Assembly (NCBI GenBank): GCA_963799845.1
Contig: CAWCYI010000004.1
Span: 1,728,001-1,792,000, forward strand
DNA length: 64,000 bases
From: an uncultured Nitrososphaerota archaeon
GTDB lineage: Archaea > Thermoproteota > Nitrososphaeria > Nitrososphaerales > CADDZS01
Reading direction: 5' to 3'
Below are positions 1-10,883 of the stretch, one piece after another. The first letter of the stretch is position 1; each line of letters opens with the position of its first letter. The position numbers were made by a program, and so were the translations under genes. Under the pieces are notes generated by a model. The model had not been told where the DNA came from and did no database searches. It was given only the letters and a program-made list of their open reading frames with translations.

Positions 1-1949
1 TCATGTGACACCAAGATTATTTGAGGACTTTGGATTTCATCCAATATTTCCCTTACCTTCGAAAGCTGTTCTTTTGAAAATCCATCGGTGGGCTCATCCA
101 AAATCAATAGATTGGACTCCAGACCACTTGATTCTTTCCTCACAACCGAATTTAGTGCCAACCTATATGCCAGAGCGACGCTCGTCTTTTCTCCGCCGCT
201 CAAATACGAGACTTCCTGATCCAGCCCGTCCTGCTGTATTACTGGAGTAAACTCCTCATCCACCTTCGCCAGCTTCCCCGGATCGTCGACGAGCATCCCA
301 AACCACTTTTGAAACTGCGCGTTGAACTCCTGGTTGTGGTTCAGCATCACCTGCTTCTCCACCAGTTCCAGAGTGGGCAAAAAGTAATCCTGAACCCAGA
401 TCAGGTACTCGTTCAACTTGTCTGAGCTTGCTTTCTTCTCCAGCTTTTTCTCGATCGAATCTTTGTAGTCCTTTGTCTGTCTCTCCCAGTCGACGATGTT
501 TGCTTCTGCGGATGAAATGCTCTTGTCAATTCGCTTGAGATCTTCTTCAGATTTTGTAATCCGGATCTCGACGTTTTGAAGATCGGCGTTCACGCCCTGC
601 AACTTCTGTATGCTTGCCTTTACAGAGACCATTTCCATGTTTGCTGTTTTCAGAGCGCCATCTGCTTCTTCGAATTTCGACAGCCAGATCCTGACGTTTT
701 CCTCGTACTCGGAAAGACTCTTCTTCGCATCCTCCAGCCTCGCCTGAGCCATGTCAAACTGAACTTTCTTGTCGAGAACTGTCTTTGAAATCTGGAGTTT
801 TTCGTTGCAACCCTCCACATTGTCCTGAGTTGCTTTCAGCTCAGTTTCCTTGTGCAAGACAAGATCAGAAAAACCGTGCGGGTCGATAGGCTGGTCACAA
901 GTCGGGCAAACTCCTTTATCTAGAATGGTTTTGTAATCCGAGAACTTTACACGGATCTGGGTTTCCAAATTCCTGAGCTTCTTCAATTCCTCTTCAAGGT
1001 GTTGTATCTCTTCCTTCAATTCTATCTGGGCAAGCTCTGACGGATTTGCTAGGTTGCTCATCTCCACAATCTTTGGTTGTACAAGTTTGATTCTTGCCCT
1101 GTTGGACGCGAGCTGGGCTTGTGCGTCTTTGATCTCTTTTTCTTTTTCAGCGACCAGTGCAAGAAGAGCATCTGCCTTTCCTGTTTCAGCTTTCAGCACG
1201 AGCTGTTTAGAGCGCAGGTCGTCACGCTTTACCTTTTGTGTGTGGATCAGCTCGTCGACTTGATTTCGTTCAAGATTGAGATTCTCTAGCTCATTCTTTT
1301 TCAAAGCCGTAGATGCCTTTAACTGATCGATCTTTGCTTTCATCGCTTGAACCTCGGACGCCATCGCGGCGAGTTCCTTCCCCCTTGATTTGATTTCGTT
1401 GGAGAGATTTTTCGCATTCTCAGCCGAGGTCTTGTATTCTTCCATGCGGAATGCTTTTCGCAACGTTTGAAGCCTTATGTCAGGACGCAACGTGAGGATT
1501 GCCTTCATCTCCTCTTGCGGTGTGTATATCGCATACCTGTAGATGAAGCTCTGTGCTTTTGGATCAATGGGTTCGTTGAAACCCAGGATCTCTAGAATCT
1601 TCTCTTTCAGCTCAGTGACGGAATACGACTTTGTTCCCTCGTCGGGACTCTTCAGTTTGCAATCATCCTGGTTTATCGAATTCCCCTTCTTCACCAAGTG
1701 GCGATTCACTACGTACTCCTTCCCGCCCGATTCGAAAAAGACGCCGACAAAGCCGTCCTTCTCCCCTGCCCTAAGAAGCGATCCAGCTTTTTCAGAGCCC
1801 AGCCCAAACAGCCCGAACTCGATTGCCATCAGGATTGTTGACTTGCCCGAGCCGATGTCGCCCTCGAACAGAGTCTTTCCGAGCGAAAAATCGATGAGCT
1901 GGTTCTTGTAGCTCCGGATGTTTTCGAGCTTCAGTTTTTTGATGATCAT
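1..1949 (-). CDS. rad50: DNA double-strand break repair ATPase Rad50 (C-terminus runs off the window)
   Basis: Not in the ORF track; translated by hand. Starts MIIKKLKLENIRSY, has Walker A GDIGSGKST, a coiled coil with zinc hook CPTC (~900), signature LSGGEK, Walker B LLILDEPT and ILVSH. ATG overlaps the mre11 stop (ATGA). Confidence 0.95.
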   Translation of the reverse strand, partial: MIIKKLKLENIRSYKNQLIDFSLGKTLFEGDIGSGKSTILMAIEFGLFGLGSEKAGSLLRAGEKDGFVGVFFESGGKEYVVNRHLVKKGNSINQDDCKLKSPDEGTKSYSVTELKEKILEILGFNEPIDPKAQSFIYRYAIYTPQEEMKAILTLRPDIRLQTLRKAFRMEEYKTSAENAKNLSNEIKSRGKELAAMASEVQAMKAKIDQLKASTALKKNELENLNLERNQVDELIHTQKVKRDDLRSKQLVLKAETGKADALLALVAEKEKEIKDAQAQLASNRARIKLVQPKIVEMSNLANPSELAQIELKEEIQHLEEELKKLRNLETQIRVKFSDYKTILDKGVCPTCDQPIDPHGFSDLVLHKETELKATQDNVEGCNEKLQISKTVLDKKVQFDMAQARLEDAKKSLSEYEENVRIWLSKFEEADGALKTANMEMVSVKASIQKLQGVNADLQNVEIRITKSEEDLKRIDKSISSAEANIVDWERQTKDYKDSIEKKLEKKASSDKLNEYLIWVQDYFLPTLELVEKQVMLNHNQEFNAQFQKWFGMLVDDPGKLAKVDEEFTPVIQQDGLDQEVSYLSGGEKTSVALAYRLALNSVVRKESSGLESNLLILDEPTDGFSKEQLSKVREILDEIQSPQIILVSH

Positions 1950-3223
1950 TCGGTTTCATCCTCGAACTCTTTCTGGAGCTTCAGCGTTTCGATCCCGGAA
2001 CTGATGATCCGTCCTTGATAATCCCCCTTCGACTCGCCCCCCTTTTGCTGCTGCCTGGTTACTCTCAGCAATTCAATGGCTGAGTGCACCCCCTCCTCTC
2101 CCTTCAGGTTTTGCTGCGAGACCTTGACAGTCCCGATGTTTTCTCTGAAGAGGTTTGACTCTATCTGCGGTTTGTCCTCTCCCGCGATCTTGTTTGCCTC
2201 GTACTCCTTTGATGAGAGGCTGAAGCGGTTGAACTGAAAGTACGCCGCACCTCTAGCGGAAAGCTTACGCCCTAACTCAGAGAAGTCAATGTCGGTCGTT
2301 TTCCCTCCCGCCAATTCTCCTTTTACCCTGACGATTACGACCTTTCCATTGACCTCTAGCTCATCCAGCTTCGTCGCTAGATCTTTCCTTGCCTGATGCG
2401 AATTTTTCCCGGTCACGTCGTATACAAGATAAGCCCCGTTGAATCCCCCGACTTCGACAAACTCTACTTTCTTGACCTTCTCTTCAAACTCGACGATGAA
2501 GAAGCCGCGTTTTGTCCCCCTCGCCGTGTCTTCGATGTCCTTGCCGTAGCCGGTGAACAGAGGCCCGGGAAAGACGATCTTCGGATAACCTGGGAACGTG
2601 AATTCGTCGGTTATGTGGATGTGTCCGCCGGCGTAATAGTCAAACCCCTTTGGAAAATTGGTAATCCGAACCGTCTCCATTTCTGAGAGAAATGAGGGCT
2701 TGAACTCCGAGATTCCGCTGTGAAATGCAAAAATCTTGAATCCCTTCTCCGCTTCAAGCCGCGGTTTGTCGAGCTTCTCGTACAGCTTGCTCTCCAGCCC
2801 TATCCTTCGCGCCGAGATCCCGGCTAGCTTTGCTCCAGTCTTGGGATCTACGACAAACTGGAGTATCACCATCCCTTCTTCATCGACGCGGGCTTTCATT
2901 ACGTTGGTCAGAATGCCCGCAGTGTCAAGGATGTCAATCACCGAAGTCCCGTTGGGCGTGTAGTCGTGGCTCCCGTAGATTGCATAGACCGGAATGTTCG
3001 CTTTTTGCAAGAGGCGAAGGGTTCGTATTGTTTCATTGACGATGGTAAGATCTGGTATGCTGACGTGAAAGATGTCTCCGCAAATAAGGGCGAAATCGAC
3101 ATTGAGCTCGATGCACTTTTCGACCGCGTCCTCGAGTGCCTGCCGCTCCATCTGGCGCAAGATCGGATCACGGAAGGCCCCTAGGTGAATATCTGACATG
3201 TGAGCGAACTTCATGGGATCCAC
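1946..3223 (-). CDS. mre11: DNA double-strand break repair nuclease Mre11
   Basis: Metallophosphoesterase motifs SDIHLG, GDIFH, GSHD and GGHIH; lies between herA and rad50. Confidence 0.95.
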   Translation of the reverse strand: MDPMKFAHMSDIHLGAFRDPILRQMERQALEDAVEKCIELNVDFALICGDIFHVSIPDLTIVNETIRTLRLLQKANIPVYAIYGSHDYTPNGTSVIDILDTAGILTNVMKARVDEEGMVILQFVVDPKTGAKLAGISARRIGLESKLYEKLDKPRLEAEKGFKIFAFHSGISEFKPSFLSEMETVRITNFPKGFDYYAGGHIHITDEFTFPGYPKIVFPGPLFTGYGKDIEDTARGTKRGFFIVEFEEKVKKVEFVEVGGFNGAYLVYDVTGKNSHQARKDLATKLDELEVNGKVVIVRVKGELAGGKTTDIDFSELGRKLSARGAAYFQFNRFSLSSKEYEANKIAGEDKPQIESNLFRENIGTVKVSQQNLKGEEGVHSAIELLRVTRQQQKGGESKGDYQGRIISSGIETLKLQKEFEDETE

Positions 3224-4804
3224 TTACAGGGAGAATTTTTCTTTGCTCAGGTCAAAGGGATCGTTCTGGGTATTTTTCTTCGCATCGGCAACTATTGTCT
3301 CAAACAAAGGCGTGTAAATTGGTACCGCAAATTTCGTAAAGATGCTGCTGACTATCGCCTCCCCTTTGTCGAGACTTGCTATCGTCCTGTCCTCGTCAGA
3401 GAGATCCTGTGCCGAGCTTTCCATCACGGCGTGGCGCTCCGCAACCATCTCGTTTCCCAGAATGATTTTCGTGTTCATGTTTGTCAATACCATCTGCGGG
3501 ATGACACTCGTTAGCTGGGTAATTGCGACGAGCCCAACCTTGAACTTTCTTCCTTCTCGGGCGATGGTGCTGTAAATATTTGAGCTCTGCTCTATAGCTT
3601 CGGCTGAAAGTACCCTAGGCGCTTCTTCTATTACTATGCTCACCGGAGCTATCTGACTCAACTTGCCTTCGGCTTTAGCTTTCCTGTGTCCGTAGAATAT
3701 TTCATTGGAAATGATGCTCCCGATGATGAGTTCCGCGTCGTCGCTCAACCGCGAGGTATCAATTACAACAATCTTGCCGGCTTCAAGCGATTTGGTGATC
3801 TCTCCGATCGTTGCTCTGCCGGCGTCGGTTGAGAAAATTTCCATGTCGCAGAGGATCTGACCATTGCTTGCGCTGACTCCAAGGGTCTTGCGGAATTTCC
3901 TCTGCAAAACCTGCAGCGTCCTAGGAGTAGTGCCCTCTACTGCGGCGCCAAGAATGAGCTGCTCCAGCCAATGATTCTTGTATGTCTTGTAATAACCGGC
4001 GATCGCATCCTGCTGCGCGTCCGAGAAAGAAATTATCCCATCAAAGTGACCCGGCTCGAGCGTCTCGAGGTTTACCACGAGTGTGTTTTTCCCAGTGACG
4101 GCATCCGAAGAATAATACACCAGGTTCTTGTTCGCCTTTGCATGATCCTTGAGCCCGATTCCATCCCGCCCGTAATATTCGTCGTGCGGATCTAGAACAA
4201 GAATCCCTACCTTCCCGACATCCATCAAACTCCAGAGGATAACCTTCAGCAAGTTGCTCTTACCCCTGCCCGTTGTTGCAGGAATGAGGATGTGGTGGGT
4301 GAAAGCATCGTCCCCGTTCAGGTACACCTTGACTTCGAGTATTTTTGAGCCGCTTCTAACCTGCCCTAAGTAAACAGGATTCTTTGGTGGAACTGAGAGA
4401 AAGGCTAGATCCTTTTCCGTTGCAAATCTCATCGAAGAGAAAAATGCAGGCATAACCTTTGGTATCTTTACCTGATCTCTATTTCTGAAAACTTTGGCGA
4501 TCGGCTTCACCGAAGCGCAGACGTAATTTCGGAGTTTCGGATCCATAAAATCAACTCCAGATGAATAACCCTCGAGCTTCAGTCCCGCTGCAAGTTCTCT
4601 TACCGACCCGGGTATCTGGCTCCCATACTGAAGATCGTTTACCTTGAGTATCAGATAGCTGTCGTCGTCCGAATCAGCGACGAGTAAATCACCGAGCTCG
4701 ATGTTCTGGTCGCTTTTCTGCCTCACTAGAATGCTCGCGACATTTCCACCGACTACTTGCCCGGCTATTTCCATCATTTTTCCGTCTTGCATTTTTTCCA
4801 CCAA
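3224..4804 (-). CDS. herA: HerA DNA translocase/ATPase
   Basis: N-terminal HAS barrel, Walker [28 protein letters not shown] and ITQ motifs. Confidence 0.93.
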   Translation of the reverse strand: MVEKMQDGKMMEIAGQVVGGNVASILVRQKSDQNIELGDLLVADSDDDSYLILKVNDLQYGSQIPGSVRELAAGLKLEGYSSGVDFMDPKLRNYVCASVKPIAKVFRNRDQVKIPKVMPAFFSSMRFATEKDLAFLSVPPKNPVYLGQVRSGSKILEVKVYLNGDDAFTHHILIPATTGRGKSNLLKVILWSLMDVGKVGILVLDPHDEYYGRDGIGLKDHAKANKNLVYYSSDAVTGKNTLVVNLETLEPGHFDGIISFSDAQQDAIAGYYKTYKNHWLEQLILGAAVEGTTPRTLQVLQRKFRKTLGVSASNGQILCDMEIFSTDAGRATIGEITKSLEAGKIVVIDTSRLSDDAELIIGSIISNEIFYGHRKAKAEGKLSQIAPVSIVIEEAPRVLSAEAIEQSSNIYSTIAREGRKFKVGLVAITQLTSVIPQMVLTNMNTKIILGNEMVAERHAVMESSAQDLSDEDRTIASLDKGEAIVSSIFTKFAVPIYTPLFETIVADAKKNTQNDPFDLSKEKFSL

Positions 4805-5908
4805 CTAGAATCCAGCTATGGTATTCAGAACGTCATGCGCGTCTCCCGCTCTGATGTGGGAAACAAACCTTCCCTGTCTATTCAAACTGGAAATCTGGGA
4901 AGAGACCAACGCACGATAATAATCAATCTCATTTTCTGACACTCGTGAAAACAAATCGGCGTCAATAGACCCATAGGGATAACCGGGGAACGTCGGATCG
5001 GAAGCGTTAGAGCAAAGGAGATTCAGAATCTCGTCCAGTTTATCTTCGCTGAGCTGCTTGAACTGATCGAGCTGGAAATCCAATCGGAAAACCCAGTCTG
5101 AGACAGACTTTAACTTGACAACGAGGCCGAATACATGATGTTTACGCGATTCGAAGATAGGATGAAACCATTCACCATTCATGTTTTCGTTGTTTGCAAA
5201 CTGGCTGATTGCACCTAGAAGAGATAGTCCTGAATCCGTAAAGAGCATGCTCGTCTTTGAAAGACTCGTAAGAATTACCCCGTGTTTTTGGGTGGTCTCT
5301 TCCAGATTTCGAAAGTACTTCCCCTCGTTCTGAAACTGAGTCTGAAGAGTACCATCCAATACAATGACATCATCTGGGTTCAGTAATTCGGCTACCTTTT
5401 CTGCAAATTTCCATTCCGCAAAATTTCTGGCGATTGAGGCAACCCTCGATGTACTAGCTCTATAGTTTCCGTATTCGATATTATGCTCGGAATAGCGGAC
5501 CACGCTGCCCGATAGATCGGGAAGAAGTGAGGAAAACTCGGGGGCGCTGGGCACTATCATCGTTTCGAAGACGATTTCATCATCCTTGATAGTAGAAAAA
5601 ATTGCGGAAAAAAATTCTATCTGCGGAACTTTCAATCCATTCTGTCGCTTATTGTCTTTCCAGATGCACGCATAAATCCTGTTAAGCTGGACAGAGAAAT
5701 TCGGCGCGCCCAGGAGTTCCAGGTTTCCTCCGTCAACGAAAGCAACCTGTCGATCGCTCTTGATCGGTTTGATTGGTAGAAAAGATTCTTTCTTGAAGGG
5801 AAAGGCAATTACATCGGGATCCCTGAAGTAAGGATTCCCCAACGGTCTATCTCCCATTTTCGAATCCAACCTTGAAATGATTTCTTTCGCCGCTTCGAGA
5901 CTCAACAA
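4805..5908 (-). CDS. nurA: NurA nuclease
   Basis: AFVDGG, VLDGTL, LSKTS and GYPYG..AD motifs; first gene of the herA-mre11-rad50 operon. Confidence 0.9.
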   Translation of the reverse strand: MLSLEAAKEIISRLDSKMGDRPLGNPYFRDPDVIAFPFKKESFLPIKPIKSDRQVAFVDGGNLELLGAPNFSVQLNRIYACIWKDNKRQNGLKVPQIEFFSAIFSTIKDDEIVFETMIVPSAPEFSSLLPDLSGSVVRYSEHNIEYGNYRASTSRVASIARNFAEWKFAEKVAELLNPDDVIVLDGTLQTQFQNEGKYFRNLEETTQKHGVILTSLSKTSMLFTDSGLSLLGAISQFANNENMNGEWFHPIFESRKHHVFGLVVKLKSVSDWVFRLDFQLDQFKQLSEDKLDEILNLLCSNASDPTFPGYPYGSIDADLFSRVSENEIDYYRALVSSQISSLNRQGRFVSHIRAGDAHDVLNTIAGF

Positions 5909-6145
5909 CTACACCAGAATTATTCCGTTTCAGAAAACCGTGCGACCGACTTTCATTCACTTGATTCTTTTAAACCATACAGATAATTTTTGGATTTGTG
6001 ACTTTTATCATCTGTCAAGGTTCATCCCGAGCAGAGCAAACCTCGGCTACTTACCTCCAAGAATCTGATCGCAGGTATGGGAATACCCAGAGACTTACCG
6101 CGCATCTGTCTTAAATAAGATCAGTAATATCCGAAGAAAACTACC

Positions 6146-7283
6146 TTGTCGACCAAATCTGAATTTGATAATTCAAAGATTCAATCATTTGCCTCCCGCA
6201 TGATATCTATCCTGAATGATGGTTTCCTGTGTTTGATGATAAGCATTGGTCACAGAACTGGATTGTTCGATGTCATGGCAAGCTTGCCGCCGATGTCAAG
6301 CGAGCAGATTGCCAACAAGGCGAAGCTCGACGAGCGATATGTTCGCGAATGGTTAGCCTGCATGGTCACGGGGCGAATTGTAGAATACGAGTTCCATTCA
6401 GGAACGTATAAGCTTCCTCCTGAGCACGCTGCCAGTCTCACTCGTACCGCGGGGCTTGCTAATCTCGGATCCTCCTCACAGCTTGTTTCTTTTTTGGGAA
6501 ACGTTGAGGATCAAGTTATCGAGTGTTTCCGCGAGGGTGGTGGAGTTCCCTACACAGCATATCCCAAATTGCAGACATACATGGCAGAATCAAGCGTCCG
6601 AATTCATGACGCGAAGTTGATTGATGTAATCCTCCCACTGATTCCGGGGTGCACTGATCGCCTAAAAGAAGGAGTCGACGTTCTGGATGTTGGATGTGGT
6701 TCGGGACACGCCATTAATCTAATGGCTCGAGCTTTCCCAAAAAGTAGTTTCGTTGGTTACGATATGTCAAGAGAGGGAATAGCAGCAGGAAGGTCGGAAG
6801 CCAAACGGCTTGGACTATCGAACGCCAAATTCGCAATTAAGGACATTGCAACATTGAATGAGTTCAGATCCTTTGATTTGATTACAGCTTTCGATTCAAT
6901 TCACGACCAGGCAAGGCCAACTAAGATCTTGAAAGCAATTTCCAAAGCTCTTCGAACGGACGGCGTCTTTTTCATGGTAGAAAACAAATCTTCCAGCAAC
7001 CTCGAAGAAAACCTTGACCATCCCGTTGCACCAATGCAGTACGCCGCCTCGACTATGCACTGCATGACTGTCTCATTCAGCTTATGGTGGAGAAGGACTC
7101 GGAAACATGTGGGGCGAGCAGATGGCACGCAAGAAACTGAAACGAGCGGGATTCAACTCCATTGACGTTAGGCAAGTTGAAGGCGATATTTTGCATAACT
7201 ATTTCGTAGCCTCAAAGAGGCGAACTTCGCCACGTTTCGACGAGATTCTGATGACGACTGTCAATCGTTCTCCCATAACCTAG
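6146..7283 (+). CDS. SAM-dependent methyltransferase with N-terminal winged HTH (Rv2258c-like); +1 frameshift at ~7078
   Basis: ERYVREWL, LDVGCGSG and FDSIHD motifs. The conserved tail AYGGEGLGNMWGEQ continues in another frame from 7080 to TAG at 7281-7283. Confidence 0.85.
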
Positions 7284-7423
7284 CTACCAGGTACCGAATG
7301 AAGCCCAACAGTGAAAAAATGACTAATCAATCAAACCCAGACTAAGAGCTCGTCCTCCTCCAAACTGTAAAAGAAGGCTGACCGTTTGTTGGTTATCATT
7401 TTGGAAGACTCTGTAATTTCTGA

Positions 7424-9103
7424 CTATCGTCCCGGAGACTCTAGTCCAGACTTTGGGATTTCCGTTGAAATGGTAGAAGAATCCTGAGTGAGTTCCGGAG
7501 GTCGCTCCGTTCCGGATTCATTTATTCCGCCGGTTGCGGTCGGATTTCCTTTGGGAAGCCGTCCTTTTAGAAACAATGCGAAGACCAGTGCTACGACAAG
7601 TAACACTACCATCACGACGAAAACTTGGTCGTACGATTGTACCAGAGATACTTCTAGTGAGCTGAGATAGCTACCGCACAAAGGAATTTGCGGCGTTGGT
7701 GACAGACAAGAGACGTTGGGCAACGGATCGAGTACAGCGAACCGGGTGGCTTGCAGTGATGCGAGTACCGACAATCCGACTGCGCCGCCTAAGGACTGAA
7801 GAAATTGGATCATCCCTCCAGCTTCGCCGACGTCCGCGGATCTTACCTGATTCTGTGCAGCCAAAAGAAACACCGGGAAAGTCAAGCCGATCCCGAACCC
7901 GAGAGGGAGCAATGGCAAAATTATTCCGCCTACAGGGATCACATCGAAAATGAACTTCCAAAGTGGAGTCGTTGCTGATAGGTTGGTCAGCCCAGCCATT
8001 CCGACGAGCCCGATGATCATGCCGATTATTGTGACAGTTCTGTACGAGAGCCGAGTGAGTAGCTGACCTCCAAGAGCCGCTCCTATCACAAGAGGTATGA
8101 CGAGGAAGTAGAGGATGTCCCGAACGGTCGCTGAAGAATTGGAGCCCGGTGCGAGTACGATTCCGACCACGAGCGAGAGAAAAGTCGCCACGGGGAAGAA
8201 GACCATACCTATGAAGAAAGTAGATCCGCCTCCCGCCCACATGACGCGATTTTTCAAAAGGCTGACCGGAACGATTGGATTTTCTGCACGAAGTTCCCAG
8301 ATCACAAAAACCACGATAAGCGCCGACCCGAGCCCGAGCAACCCAACTACTCGCGAGTCGGTCCACGCCCAACCACTGTCTGCAATGCCGTACAGTGGAT
8401 ACATGATGGAGGCCACCCATCCAACAAGAAGACACGTGCCTATGGCGTCAAATTTCCGTGTAAATTCAGGACGCAGGGGTCCAAGTGTAGCAAGGATGAT
8501 CGCAAACCCGGCGATCCCAATCGGGATATTCACATAGAACACCCAACGCCAAGTGGTATACTGCACAATTGCGCTGCCGATCAATGGCCCTGCCACCACC
8601 GCAATGCCGAAAACCCCCGACAGGGCTCCAATCACCCGGGCCCTAGTCTTGGGGGGAAACACGACCGCGACGATAGCAATTCCTACAGGAAAGAAACCAC
8701 CGCTGCCGAAACCTTGGATGGCCCGGAAGAAGATAAGCTCCGTAAGATTCTGGCTCAGACCTGCAAGGACGGATCCCACCATAAACACTGCCAAGCTCCC
8801 GAGGAAGACATTTCGGCGGCTCCAAAGATCCGAGAGCTTGGCAAAGATCGGGATCGCTGCAGTGGTCGCGATAACATAGGCGCTGATTATGAAAGTACCG
8901 CTGTCGGGGCTATGAAACTGCGTTAAGATGATGGGCAGTGCTGTCAGGACGACAAATTCATCCAACGCACCCATCAAGAGAGCAAGAAGGATCCCCACGG
9001 TGATTAACAGCTCAGTTCTCGGAGAGGGTGCCGTTTGGGACACCCCCGTTGAGGGAGATGCCACCGAATTTTCAGAAGACGAAACTTTCAAAACGTCCGT
9101 CAA
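7424..9103 (-). CDS. MFS drug:H+ antiporter (DHA2, 14-TM)
   Basis: LSDLWSRR, FRAIQGFG, GPLIG and WRWVFYVNIPIG motifs. Confidence 0.9.
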   Translation of the reverse strand: MTDVLKVSSSENSVASPSTGVSQTAPSPRTELLITVGILLALLMGALDEFVVLTALPIILTQFHSPDSGTFIISAYVIATTAAIPIFAKLSDLWSRRNVFLGSLAVFMVGSVLAGLSQNLTELIFFRAIQGFGSGGFFPVGIAIVAVVFPPKTRARVIGALSGVFGIAVVAGPLIGSAIVQYTTWRWVFYVNIPIGIAGFAIILATLGPLRPEFTRKFDAIGTCLLVGWVASIMYPLYGIADSGWAWTDSRVVGLLGLGSALIVVFVIWELRAENPIVPVSLLKNRVMWAGGGSTFFIGMVFFPVATFLSLVVGIVLAPGSNSSATVRDILYFLVIPLVIGAALGGQLLTRLSYRTVTIIGMIIGLVGMAGLTNLSATTPLWKFIFDVIPVGGIILPLLPLGFGIGLTFPVFLLAAQNQVRSADVGEAGGMIQFLQSLGGAVGLSVLASLQATRFAVLDPLPNVSCLSPTPQIPLCGSYLSSLEVSLVQSYDQVFVVMVVLLVVALVFALFLKGRLPKGNPTATGGINESGTERPPELTQDSSTISTEIPKSGLESPGR

Positions 9104-9299
9104 GTATACGGGCTCTCTTCGATTTTCCGTTCTAATAATTACGATTCGAAATGTCCTGGGTAACTTAGATCTTTACTCGGACATTGGAAAGAAGCAGGTG
9201 AGTATTGAATGCCTTAACTCGTCTCATGGAACCTTCGGAGATTTCATTTAGTTTTGCGACGTCGAGCATGACAATATAGTACATCCAATATATAACACA

Positions 9300-9315
9300 C
9301 GATATAACTATATCG
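9300..9315. promoter_or_regulatory. Putative operator, perfect 7-2-7 inverted repeat
   Basis: CGATATA-AC-TATATCG in the AT-rich region about 200 bp upstream of the MFS gene. Confidence 0.4.
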
Positions 9316-9444
9316 CAGTCATGGCTCCCCCATTGGAGTTTGATTCCAAAGTCCATTTCTGGGCGATCGCACTTTATCTTCGCGGTTCAAATCATGAGGG
9401 ATAGTCAATCTCCTTCACTGACATCAATGGATTCTTGAGGCCCT

Positions 9445-9813
9445 TTATACTCTAATTAGAATACTGTTATCTACAACCTTGATCTCGTATGCCTTAAGAT
9501 CAGTTGCTCTCCTTCTCGTTGCAAGCCTCAGTAGTGCAGTTACATCCTTGGCAACTTTTCCTGTATCTAGATCGAATTCAGCCTTGTGGACGGGACAGAC
9601 CACCCTGTTTTCTTTCAGCTGGCCTTTTGGAAGATATCCAAAATAATGCGAGCAGATTGCGTCAATCGCGTAGTATTTGTTTCCAATTCGAGAGATCAGG
9701 ATTTGTTTTCCGATAACCGTAACTCCGATCATCGAAGCGTCCGGGACATCCCTCACTTTCGCAACTTCGATGAAAGTATCTTCTCGATCGGCTTGTTCAG
9801 GTTCCTTAGACAT
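9445..9813 (-). CDS. Rieske [2Fe-2S] ferredoxin
   Basis: CSH...CPVH ligand motifs. Start at MSKEPE chosen; the ORF track extends to 9849. Confidence 0.88.
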   Translation of the reverse strand: MSKEPEQADREDTFIEVAKVRDVPDASMIGVTVIGKQILISRIGNKYYAIDAICSHYFGYLPKGQLKENRVVCPVHKAEFDLDTGKVAKDVTALLRLATRRRATDLKAYEIKVVDNSILIRV

Positions 9814-10064
9814 ATTATTCGAAGCCCAGCTGTTTTTTAGGCATACCAATATGCGAAAGAAACTCGGTTATTCGCAAATCTGATTTGATAACAGAATTTG
9901 TATGCATTTGACAGTTCTTCGAAGTTCAGCTGATTGTCTGATATAACTGTATTGGTCGTCCAATAAGTCTTAATACAGGATAGAACTCGAAAATATGTCT
10001 GAGAGCTAATGGTGCGATATTCACCGAACGACCAATTTTCACTTGAGAGCGGTGTCTCAGAAAC

Positions 10065-10352
10065 TTGAAAAAGTCATTTCTTGCGCTGGGAATTGTAGGC
10101 ATTATTTTCGTATTTTCCGGGGCGGTTTCAGCACTTCAAGGAGACGGGATGATTGGAGGTTCTCCAATGACAGGTAATCCGTTTTGGATTTACGCAGGAT
10201 CAGGAATTGCTATAGTTGGAGCGATAATTGCTCTTGTTGGCTTCATCCTCGGTTCAAAAAGTCGAATCTCATCGAAAACTGTCGAAGATGAAACCGCTTC
10301 TAAGATGGAAGGAGAGTCGGACACGAAATCTCCGTCCCAGACAAAGAAGTAA
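10065..10352 (+). CDS. Small two-TM membrane protein (LQGxG..GSxMxG..FW family)
   Basis: Two hydrophobic helices; clear paralogue of 31022..31294. Confidence 0.7.
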   Translation: MKKSFLALGIVGIIFVFSGAVSALQGDGMIGGSPMTGNPFWIYAGSGIAIVGAIIALVGFILGSKSRISSKTVEDETASKMEGESDTKSPSQTKK

Positions 10353-10883
10353 TTAATTTAGAAAATGGTCAAACGTTATAGGGCTGGCAAACTATCCCTC
10401 AGTTATGCAAACTGTTTTCCTAATGGCAATCTAGCTGTCAAGCATTCCAATCAACAGCCGCCGTTCTGCTTTTCTCAAATGCTCTACCAAAGTTGAGCTG
10501 ACCACATCTAACTTCTTAGCCAACTGTTCAGAATTGATCTTGCGAGGGAGATCATAGTATCCCTGCTTGTACGCTGCAATCAAGATTTTTCTCTGCTTTT
10601 CTGTAAGGCGGCTTAAGGGAGACTCTTGGGAGTACTTTGCGTCAGTGAGACTGACTATTTTATGACGAACCCTCATGATCTCCGTGCGATGAAGGAACCT
10701 CTTAACTTGGACTAGGTTGCCAAGAAAGGTTATCCTGAGCTTTCCCTCTTTGATTTCGAATGGAACTATGAGATATCCACCAATCTTTCCCATGCCAAAA
10801 GGAGGAGATTCCACATTCGACTGCTTCGCCCTAAAGTATACTGTGTAGGCTCCTTCCTTTTCACGCTCAAGGACTTGCATTTC

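Noticed and set aside
1-5908. HerA plus nuclease as an anti-phage system (Sir2-HerA or DUF4297-HerA type)
   Set aside because: The partners are NurA, Mre11 and Rad50, the canonical archaeal DNA-repair operon.
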